Source of the DNA: the human T2T-CHM13v2.0 reference genome, Homo sapiens
Reading direction: 5' to 3' (one strand)
Assembly: GCF_009914755.1 (NCBI RefSeq)
Contig: NC_060931.1
DNA length: 64,000 nt
Part shown: positions 42,386-53,279 of the stretch, piece after piece
Numbering within the stretch: the first letter of the stretch is position 1
Layout of the letters: the number at the start of each line of letters is the position of its first letter
Notes under the pieces: generated by a model
Databases searched by the model: none
Told to the model about the DNA's origin: nothing
The model's input: only the letters and a program-made list of their open reading frames with translations
Program-made: the position numbers and the translations under genes

Positions 42386-42519
42386 TATAAGTGAATAAAT
42401 TAATATTAGAACACAGGTCTAATTAAAAGGTTCTGCTGTGTTGTGTCCTGTGATAACACAGAAAACAAACAAATGGATAATTACAGAAAAATTTTGGATA
42501 TAAAATTAGCAGGTAATTT

Positions 42520-42628
42520 TCTCCCTCCTTTCCTTCCATCTTTCCATCCTTCTTTGCTTCCTTTGCTTTCTTCTTTTCCTTTGTTTTTTGTTTCTCTCTC
42601 TCTCTTTTTTTTTTTTTTTTTTTTTTTG
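42520..42628. repeat. CT-rich low-complexity tract + poly(T)
   Basis: Directly visible. Confidence 0.9.
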
Positions 42629-44609
42629 CAATTTGGAGAAGGAAGTACTTTAAAAGAAAAGTTAAAAGGCAGACATAGATAGCATGAAGCCTAATTGCAA
42701 GATCTTTTTCAAACATATTAGTTTTAGGAAATAGCACCTGAATTTAAGTCCCTTAAAATTGTCTATGTCTTCACGTCCAAGTCTCTATATTTGCAGGGCT
42801 GTGTACAATCTAGACTGAACATGCTTGACCTAAAAACAGAAGTAATACCTGGGGCAAAGCACGATGTGCACCACAGTCTTCTCTCTTTAGTGTGTTAAGA
42901 TAAAGTTGATTCCCAGAGTAGCCTGCCATCACTAACTCTGAGGGATGGTGGGCTAATTTTGATAGAAGGAGCAGAGGTGGTAGTTAGGAGGAAGGTGACT
43001 CATCATCATTGTATCAGCAGGCATTGATGACTGGAAATATCAGGGGGCACAGCCTGAAAGAGAATGGCTTAATTGGAATTGATAGTGGGAACTTGGAAAT
43101 CAATACATATGCACTGAACAGAAAATGGTATGCTATAATCTACTATACACTGTATGTGAAACCCAAGCTCCAAATTTTTCGGCCCATGCAATGTCCAGTA
43201 AAATTTCTCTTAGTTACATTATAATTGCAATGTACATGTATTTGAGGAAAAAAAAAGTGAAAGAAAAAGTAACTAAAGAAAAGTGGAAATGCAAAACTTT
43301 GTTTTTATTAATGTTAAAATTTATTTTGATCAACTTGCTATTCTTAAAATTGACCAATCTTCTTCCCTTCCTTGCCTCTTCCATGGTTTATAGGATTATT
43401 TTTCAGGGCTGATCAGTTGGTGTTACATGTGACTACTATGCTTAATGCTATCTGGCTTCTAACTTTAAGCACTGAAAAAAAGTCCTTCGTATTTCTCAGT
43501 GTGTGATTGAACTGAGATGACCATCCTAAGCCTCCTCATTACATAAATCCTTACCTTCTCCAGAAGCAACGAATGGTGTTGAGAATAGCATATGTTACTA
43601 CTCAGCCATATTCCATAGCCTTTTCTCCAAGATATTTTTCCAAAGTTGCCCCTTTTCTGAATCCCTTGCAAGCAAACAAACAACAAAACAATGGGTAATA
43701 AAATAATTGTTTAACTTTCATTTATATGCTCTGAGATTGATGTGATTTTGATAAATAACTATATTAAAAGACAAATGGGAGTGGTGATTTTGTGAAAAGC
43801 CCATGCCTCTGCCCATGGAATATGTGGCTTGGCCTGGAGCTCTTATTTTACTTATATATTTCTAAGCAGAATTATTCAAGAATGTCTCTTATTACAGGTC
43901 TTGAAACTTGGACAGCCAACAGAAAGGAAGCTAATAAATAAATTTGTCAGAACACGATTCTCAGTTTCACTTATTTTGAATTAAAGGTAACCTGGAAAAT
44001 GGATTAGGAAAACAGCCTATAATCAGAGGAGTGACCCCAGTGAGACCCTGTCATTAAAACTTTAGTGTTGAGCCTGCAAACCTCTGTTCCTCTGATTAGG
44101 CAATTTACTCCATTTCCACCTTTCTGTCTGCCAAAACATTTAGTGGCAAAACATTTTCTAATTCTCTAGACTCATAAAATGTTGTTTTGAAAAAAAGTAA
44201 AACAGAATGGATTACCTTTTTAAGCTGTCTATCATAATGTAATCAGAAAACATGAGGGATTAATAGATAATATTGTAAAGAGGCAAAGGCAGCAGATGTT
44301 ATTTAGATGAGCAGAAGGTCACAGACCTCTGTTGAGGATTGAAAGCTTGAGGTACGTGCCTTTGTTCCTCAGTGTGTGTGGATCAGAGTGATTACTGATA
44401 TCAGTTAGCAACATGGTGGAGGGGACAAACTGGGGCTGCATTTTCACTATGTTTATTATTGCTCAAGGTCAAAAAGTGACTGTGTAGTGCCTCAGTTTTT
44501 ACATCTTTGTGTTATCAATATTTTTTTCTATTACCTTACAAGTTTATTTTGATGCTGTAATGATGAGACAGTGTTTTGAAAAGTTCTAAATAAATAAAAG
44601 GGTATTCTC

Positions 44610-45275
44610 TAACTTTTAAATTCTGACTTTGATATTTTAAAACTATAACAGAGTTTCAAAACATATGGAGAAAAAACCCAAATAGAACTCAAAAGAGAAA
44701 TGGACAAATCCGTAATTTCCATCATTATTAGGGATTTCAACATTCCTCTTCCAGTAATTAATAAAACAAGCAGACAGAAGTTTAGAAAAACTATGCAAGA
44801 CTTGAACATACTGTTAACCAAATTGGCCCAGTCCTCCAATAGTGGAAATAAAATGAAATACTAAAATAGTCAAACAAAAGGAAGACAGGACAAGAGTTGA
44901 ACAAGGATAAAGAATAGGTGTGACAAATGATACAAATAACAATCTGGTAAAGTGAAAACCAGCCATATCAATAATATAGTAAAGGAAAATAGTCTAAATA
45001 GAACGGAAATGTTTAAGATTTGAAGACTGGATATAAACCAAGCTTCAATGTGATGATATATACAAGACAGATATTATAAACATAAAGATATAAAAAATTA
45101 AAAATAAAAGTGTGAAAATCTATATGATACAAACACTAACCATAAGAATGCTGGAGTGGCATATTATATCAGACAGAGTATTAAAGTAGATATAGAAGAA
45201 CATTACATATTGATAAAAGAAAATGCCAGTTAGGTCAAGTTATTGATGGTATTTATCAGACTTTCAATATTCTTC
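44610..45275 (+). mobile_element. Old L1M endonuclease-domain fragments (rearranged order)
   Basis: AGGGATTTCAACATTCCTCTTCCAGTAATT (GDFN motif); CACTAACCATAAGAATGCTGGAGTGGCATATT (N..KAGVAI motif). Confidence 0.75.
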
Positions 45276-45278
45276 CAA

Positions 45279-45365
45279 ATATATGTGTGCATATATATAT
45301 ATATATGCACACATATATATATACATACACATATATATATTATATATACACACACACACACACGT
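45279..45365. repeat. (TA)n/(CA)n compound microsatellite containing a 40-bp perfect palindrome
   Basis: ATATATGTGTGC(AT)8GCACACATATAT at 45279-45318. Confidence 0.93.
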
Positions 45366-45383
45366 ATTCATTTGTATCGGGTA

Positions 45384-45527
45384 CATATACTCCTTGACTT
45401 ATGATGGGATTACATCCTGACAAACCAGTAAGTCAAAAATATCATAATTTAAAATGTATTTGATATTCTGATAAATAAATTAAGTGAAAAAATCTAAGTC
45501 AAATCATCATAAGTAGGAGACCACCTA
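45384..45527 (+). mobile_element. MER47/Tigger5-family MITE
   Basis: TA-flanked CATATACTCCTTGACTTATGATGGGATTACATCCTGA...CATCATAAGTAGGAGACCACCTA. Confidence 0.8.
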
Positions 45528-45529
45528 TA

Positions 45530-47284
45530 TAAATAATTTGCAATTCAATAAAGAGATAAACACCCAAATAAAATGGTGCAAGATTAGAATATGCATTTTA
45601 CAAAAAAGTTACAGGAATGTCTAAAAATTACATTAAATAATGCTCAATATCATTAGTTATCAAAGAAATGTAAATTAAAATCACAACGAGTTAACGTTTC
45701 ATATTCTCTGGAATAGATATAACTAAAAAAATTGACAGTGCATGTGCAGGTGAGGAGCCAGAGGAACTGAAATACCTTATATATTGCTGTTGGTGGTATA
45801 AAAACACTTTAGAAAAAAGTTTAGTAACACTTGTCAAGTTAAAAATACTGTTATCATGTGACCTAGCAATTCCTAGTTATTTGCTCAAGAGAAATGAACA
45901 TATATGTTCCTAGAAGCAGGATTATTTATAACACAGTGTAGTCTCAAACTGGAACCATCAAAGTGACCATTAACAAGTGATTGAATGTATTAATTGCTTT
46001 ACATTCATACAGTAGGGTACATCTCTACAATAATAACTACTGATATACTCAACAAATAGGAGGGATTTCACAGACATTGTGGTGAGTGGAAACATTCAGA
46101 CACAAAAGATTGCATACTTTGTGATTTCATTTAAATGAAGTCCTTAAACTGCTGAAACTAAACTGCAGCATGTCATGTTACAAGAACTTTAGTGCCAACA
46201 TGTAGAGGCTTTCCATTAGCTAAAAATGGGCATCTATCTGGGATAATATCTGCAATAGATTGCAAACATATCAAATATGTTTACATATAAGACTTTAAAA
46301 TGGCAACAAAAATAATTTGTTCATAATTTGGAGAAGGCTAAGGAGCAAACTTGTGAATGCTTGTAAACAAATGAGAAAGTATCAAGCACTTATTCTGCCT
46401 TTCCTATATCATCTGTACTATATAATTACTAAGAGGCAGTTCCTTTTCACAGAAGTATTATAGCTAATACATAAAGAAAACGTGATGGAATTTGACAGTG
46501 ACCACTTTGAAACCAGTACAGAAATAATACATCTTGACACTGAGCATCGGTGAGTGGTAATATCAAACACAGGCAAACAGAAGACAGCCAGATGTTATAT
46601 TACTCATGGTAGATCTGTGCCCTGACATGTATGAAGTATCCTTGACACAAAAAATAATAAATCTGAATCAGTGCCACCTCTCTATCTATCAATTTACAGA
46701 AAAGATAGGTAACAGAGGACATGTTAGATGACACCAGAGGAGTGCTGTCAGAAAAATTTAAACTGTGGGAAACTACAAGAAAAATACTGTTTCTTCCATT
46801 TGTAGATTGCAAGAATAAAAGAATGGTAGAGAAAATTTATAGATTAATAGAGACTTAAGAGATATTTCTGTTATTTGCCATGTATGGCATTTAGTTGGAT
46901 TATGATTTGAACAAATGCTATGTTAAAATTCTATGAGGCAATCAGAACAATCAGGAAATACGAATGCTGGGTGAATTAAAAAATGTTTGTGAATTTTTAA
47001 ATTTTTCCAAGTATATTATGGTTATATTTTTAAAATGTTCTTAGTTTCTAGAAAAAATACTAAAATACTTATAGATATTATGTTATTTTATATTATGTTA
47101 GGGATTTGCTTCAGAATAATTTGGTAAGTGGTGTTCTTGTGGTGCTGGTTATAGATGAAACAAGATTGTCTATCAGCTGCCAATTATTAAATCTTGGTTA
47201 ATAGGTACTTTGGGGCCTTTTATACAATTTTCTTTACTATTGTATATAATTGAAATTTTTCACAGTAAAGGGATTTAAAAAAAA
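45530..47284 (+). mobile_element. Old L1M (L1ME ORF2 end followed by L1MC4-like 3'UTR)
   Basis: TGCTCAATATCATTAGTTATCAAAGAAATGTAAATTAAAATCACAA; GACCTAGCAATTCC; terminal GGGATTTGCTTCAGAATAAT...TTGAAATTTTTCACAGTAAA + A-run. Confidence 0.75.
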
Positions 47285-48643
47285 GAAGTGTCACTCTATT
47301 CCTCAAGTTAGGCATGGATTTTGGTTGGCGGATCACTGAGCACCATCAAACCAAAGTGGTAGCTGGTAATAGCTTATACAACGATCTAATGCTAAGGGAA
47401 TGTCCAACAGATACTTGCAGGTTTTATTCACTGCTTTCCCTTGACTTTTAAGCAACAACACATTTTGCATTACATAGTTCTTATATCCAGTTTATCATTC
47501 ATAGAGATCGATCTTAATTTTTTAAAATGTGTTTTGCAGTTGTTGCTATTTCAAAGATCGCAGATGACATAAATGCCCAACTTACTTCTTCTTAGTAATC
47601 AGTCTAGTCATGAACATGGTTTCTTGAAATAAAATTTTACCCATTTTAGTAAGACATTGTGTTCATTCTGACTTAATAGCATTTTTGTCTTTATATGATC
47701 TTGAAATGTAAATGTCATCTAAGAGTTTACCCAGGCAATCTCGTTGACTACACCCTGTAAGACAACATAAGCCAAGTGAAGAAATCATTTCAGGAACATT
47801 CAAAAAGGTTAACTGTAAAGATTCAAGATGACTGAAATGCTGTATTTGGTTATTTACTTTTGGGCAGGGAGGAGGATGATGGTAGTCATGCAGGAGGTTT
47901 CATAACTGAGACCCAGCAATGATCAGATATTTGATAAATAATTGTAGAGTGGAGGAGTTAAAATACAGGGTATCTAACAGTGCAATATATTAAGGAGACA
48001 GTGAATATAAACATAAATATCTGTTGGGGTTTTATTTAGATGCTCCTCAATTGTTTCAATAAATATATTGAAATGAATGAAATTAGCATGATCATTGTGA
48101 ATACTATGGTGGAGTGAAAAGTTGATTACATTTGCTTGAGGAATGGTCAGGAGTTAAGAAGGTATATTCTGAATAGACTAAAATAACCTAATGGGTCAAT
48201 TTCTCAACCAAGAATATATATTTTCTATAGATATTTATTAAGTTTATTTATAAATACCTACTCCTAAATCTATTATCATTGTGAAACTTTTAAAAATTAC
48301 CTCAGGCAGAACGAGTGTTTTTCCTTTGATCGCTCAAACATAATTGCTAATTGCTATTTAGCCTTATTCTATTTTGTCTTACATGCTATTTACTATCTTA
48401 CCAAGCAAAGATGAATTCCTTGTATGTGTAATAGATTTCTTCAATACTGTACTAAGTGTCTGAGGAAATAAATTTAATCAAAGAAATTTCATACATGTGA
48501 AAATAACTTAAAATTTTAAGGTCTCCAGAAAGGAGATTCTACAGATTCTCTTAAAGTAAATGAAATAGCTAATGTCTGTTTATCTAGCTATCTTGTTTAC
48601 ACTGATGATCAATAACAGTTGGCAACTATTTAGTTTAAGAGCC

Positions 48644-49103
48644 TGTGAGGGAGGCTGCTAGTTGCCTACAGCCATCTATCTCTTCTTTTTCAGTAACTGA
48701 ACTCCTGTGTTATTTTGGATGGCAATGTGCCCAGTAGTTAACAAGTACAGCTATAGTTTTCTCTTGCATAAATAGGGTTTGCATGGAATTTAAGTAAAAT
48801 TCTGATACAGCATCTGAGAAAACTCACTTCATTCTTCCTCCTTCGTGGACTGTAGATGTGATGGTTGGAGCTCCAAATATACCTGTAAGGTAAACTTGAG
48901 GACAGAAGCCAGATGCTAAGGATGGAGGAGCAAAAAGATAGGAGACTGGATTGCAGCTTATATTGCAGAGTTACCATACCTGATCTTGACCACCTACTGC
49001 TAAATTTTGTGTATATGAGAGAAAAATGGACAGTAAGTTTAAGGCATTGTGTTGGCAGGGAGGAAGGGTTTGACTACCAGCTGAATGCAATTCCTGTATA
49101 ATA
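48644..49103 (+). mobile_element. MLT1J/K-like LTR
   Basis: TGTGAGGGAGGCTGCTAGTTG...GGCAATGTGCCCAG...GATGTGATGGTTGGAGCTCCA...CAGCTGAATGCAATTCC. Confidence 0.7.
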
Positions 49104-49545
49104 CTCCTCACATGTATTTTAAGATATAGTAAATCAATTATATTTTTCTTATAATGATTACTTCCAGCTCTTTAAACCTTAACTTGATGATTAATTCACT
49201 GGCGATTAGCATTTCTAGGACTATTGCAGAATCTATCCAAATTTTCCATTTTGAAGATGGCTCTATAAAAGACATAAAAATACCACGAGGCCTTCATGTA
49301 GAGGGAAGAAATGTGTAAAATTATATGATGAGAATTTCTTTCATTATTATAATATGGATATATAGTTATGTTATTTGCCATTCAGGAATACAAGAAACAT
49401 TGTGTAACTCTTAAAGACTGAAAGAAAAACTAATGCAACAGTTTTGAAGATAATAACATCAAAAGTAACTATGCAATTTCTCTAAATATGCATTAAGCTT
49501 TAAAGACTGAAAATGAACGAAATGAATTTGGCTCCTGGTTGCAAA

Positions 49546-49550
<5 letters not shown>

Positions 49551-49597
<47 letters not shown>

Positions 49598-49601
49598 TTT
49601 T
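49551..49601. repeat. (TA)19 followed by T13
   Basis: Directly visible. Confidence 0.97.
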
Positions 49602-50611
49602 CCAAATTGGAGTCAGATGTTTCTAAATATCTCATGGAATATTCCCAAAGATTTTACATGTGTAGTTTTTTGTTGTAATTTGAAGTTAGTTAGATTTTTT
49701 TCTAATATTGGATGCAATTAAACTACATTCTGGGCATACATAATTCAGATTTTAAGAAAATTAATTCTGTTTAGCCAGTCTATAGATTAGTTGGCATTTA
49801 ATACATTTTATAAAATAATCTGTTACAGTTTATGCAAAGCATAAAAGAGTAAATACAATGCAGATAAGGGAGTTAGGGAAAGAAACATTTCTATGCACTT
49901 GAGATGATAAAAAATAAATTTAGAAAAGAATCAGCTTCATCAGTAATGCCTGTTTAAAATGATTTGCTTTTTAAGGTCCGAAGTTCACTATAAAGGGTCT
50001 TTGAAGAGGCAATAAAATCTGTTATTGATTTTCATATTTTTAACAAAGATGACATGGTTCTATTAGTGGTCATGCTTTTCGATTTGTGTGTTTAAACATA
50101 CTTTAACCCCCTATTTAATGTAAGTCTCTTAGGCTTCATTTTTTCCACTTGCAAAGTAGTTCTCAGAACAATCCTTCTGAACCTGCCTCAGCAACGATTC
50201 TGAGAGTATTTGGTTTTTCTCTGGTAGGTAGTTTTGGTGATTTTGCTACTTAAATGAAAATATCTTTTATTTTCCTAAAAATATTGGTCTAAAGTCTTTG
50301 GACTGGAAGGAGTGGATAAAATGAGAATTGAAGTTGACAGCTGTTGACCTAAGGGGATTCATGACTGTCTGCAAACTACAGGAAGGAGTCCTCCTACAGA
50401 ACAAATATAGATGAACTTAATGTTTTCTTGCAGTTTGTGTTTTGTTTCCAGTCTTCAAAGTTGGAAAAGTTTTGTGTTTTCCAATAGCAAAGAATTGGCC
50501 TACAAAATCTATGAATCATAAGTTAAAGTACATAGTTGTAGTGTTTCATTTTATTTTGAGTGTTGTGCATTTTATAACACAGGTTATTTACTCCAAACTT
50601 ATCTGCTCAAG

Positions 50612-50741
50612 TTCCTCAAGTATTGTGCCATGACTTACACATTTACCAGGGTAAAATAGGACAAATTTGAATATCAACATTTATTTTAAGGCACCAACAT
50701 TTATTTCCTCAATTATTGTGCCGTGACTTGCACATTTACCA
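50612..50741 (+). repeat. 37-bp direct duplication flanking a 56-bp templated insert
   Basis: 50612-50648 vs 50705-50741 (34/37 identical); insert 50652-50689 matches 53324-53361 (37/38). Confidence 0.9.
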
Positions 50742-52049
50742 CAAGGAAGGGCATGTAGTAGCTGAAGCAAACTTCCTCAGCTTTCAGGTAGTAATCTTCC
50801 AACTACTGTTGGCAGCAATGCAGATTGTCAAATGCACACCTAAACTTAAAATTTGGGGATAATTCAGAAAGAATTCCGAGATGTTTATCCTAAAGATTAT
50901 GTGTTAGTTACACTTAAATAGAGGCAAATTAAGCTTGAAAGTAATCATTAAACATAAAATAGTTCCTGGGATCTGCTACACTTAATTAAATCAAATTTAT
51001 TTTTCTCCAGTTCTGTATCAGGTAGCGGGGGGAAAGTGAGGAATTCTGGATTTGGAGCTTGAGGTCCGGGATTCAAGTTCCAACTTTGCAGCTTATTACC
51101 TCCACCACTTTTTGAGGTACTGCTATGTCTCAGCATAATTCTTATCTGAAAGAGAACAATTGAGTAATTGTATAAATGGCACACTTTCTATGTTCTCATT
51201 GTTCAAAAGACCACAGTATTTTGCTTGTATATTGCTATGGACATTACTATGGATCAATATTAAGTTTGATGTAACATTAACCTTAACATTTCAAATCGCT
51301 TTCTGAGTTACACTTTAAGCCTTGGCTCTAGATGCATTATTGTGAAGTAATATCTATGTGCTAATTTTCTCATTAATTAGTATGCCCTTGGCATATGGCA
51401 CCGTATGCTGCAAACTTCCAAAAAAATTACCATAGCATAACTTTATTACTGCAAATCATAACATTGGCAATAAATGATTTAGTAAGCATAGTGATATTTA
51501 ACAGAACCTTCAAACAATTATTATAGCATATTTAGTATGCACTTCATCAAAACCTTGTGTGTAGTCTCAACGACAGTAACCAATATAGTTATATAAAAAA
51601 AATACTAACGCCATGACAAATATGGTCAATAATTGCTGTACATATGTACTCTCCATGTGGTATTTAAGAACTGTTTGTATTACTGTTTTTATGTAGTCTG
51701 GTTAAAATGATGCCCTCTAAAATATAATATCACCCTCAATCATAGAAAGAAATAAAATACACATTTCTGAAAAGGTTTAATTACAATTTTATGCATATCC
51801 TAGAATTAATATCTATGTAAACATATTTTATTAAAAACACATTTGGATATTAATTTCTTTCTTGAAATACTCATTAGACTTTTTCTACAAATATATGCTT
51901 CCATACTCCTGTAGGGGACTGCCACTTTTTATTGTTGTTTTTTAGACATAGGTGTATTCTGTTAAAATTAATTGGATATGGTTTCTAATTAGCAAATTGA
52001 AAAGTGTGAAGAGAGAAGAGTAAATGATGGCATTATATCACTAACCACC

Positions 52050-52522
52050 TGATATGGTTGGGATGTTTGTCTTCTCCAAATCTCATGTTTAAATGTGATT
52101 CCTAATGTTGGAGGTGGGGCCTGGTGGGAGGTGATTGGATTAAAGGAGCAGATCTCTCATGAATGAAAGCAGATCTCTCATGAATGAAAGCAGATCTCCC
52201 ATGAATAAGAACAGATTTCTCATGAATGCACCATCTCTTTGGTGATAAGTGAATTCTTGCACACTTAGTTCATATGAGATCTGTTTAAAAGAGTCTGGGA
52301 CCTCCCCTGTGTTTCTTGTCCTCTCTTTGGTCATGTGATGGCACCTACTTTCTTTCACCTTCCACCAAGAGTAAAAGTTCCCCAAGGGCTCACCAGAAGC
52401 CAAGCAGAAGCTGGTGCCATGCTTCCTGTATAGCCTGCAGAATGTGAGCCAGTTAAACCTCTTTTATTTATAAATTATCCAGTCTCAGATATTTATAGCA
52501 ACTCTAAAAATGACCTAATACT
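52050..52522 (+). mobile_element. MSTB-like solo LTR with internal 21-bp tandem amplification
   Basis: TGATATGGTTGGGATGTTTGTC...CCTAATAC; TSD CCACC/CTACC; four AGCAGATCTCTCATGAATGAA-type units at 52147-52228. Confidence 0.92.
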
Positions 52523-53279
52523 CTACCATCCACCATCTTTTCAACTGGTAAGTTCTTTCAGTTTATCGCTTCAGCGACATGAGCCTGTTCCCCAGGTGTA
52601 GTCACTTACATGCCTCCTGTGTGTCTATATATTATAATTTATCCATCTTTTAATATTTTGTTAGGGTAAACCATTCTTCCCTTGTGTGTTTCTATATCCT
52701 GGGGGGAGGGGAACTCTCTGTCCATCAACTTTTAAATGAAAAAATTTTAAAATAAAGCCAAGGATGCTTTTAAAAGAATATAACTTTTTTAAAAAACAGA
52801 AGGAAACGATCTTAGGAATAATAAAATGTACCTGGTTAATTTTACTCTTGACAGAAATAAAATCCAGTGAGATTCAACAAATTGTCAAGTTACACACTTC
52901 TGAATGACAGATTTGGGACCAGAAGCTAGACCTCAGGTATCTGATGGTGTTCTTTGAATTGTGTCCAAGTATTCTTGTTCCCTAAGGAGAGGTATGGAAC
53001 AAATCAAGGTGATAGGCATGAATATTTATTATTACCAGAGAGTAAGGGATCCAAAGGTTCTGAGGTGTTATCTCTTTTTGAAACTTACTGCCTATTATTG
53101 AAACTCATCTTTTGAATAAGGTATGAGAATGACAATATATTTTCCCTTAATTTTGGGCCCCTTTTCAATAAATTAAGTGTTTAGTGTTCTCTGCTACAGA
53201 CTGATTTGGTAGAAAACATAAAGGTTGTGTGTAATATCAACCAACATCCTATCAGTTATGTTTATGTAAATTTATATGA

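Noticed and set aside
52147-52228. CRISPR-like array
   Set aside because: Head-to-tail repeats without spacers, inside a mammalian LTR; no cas genes; eukaryotic DNA
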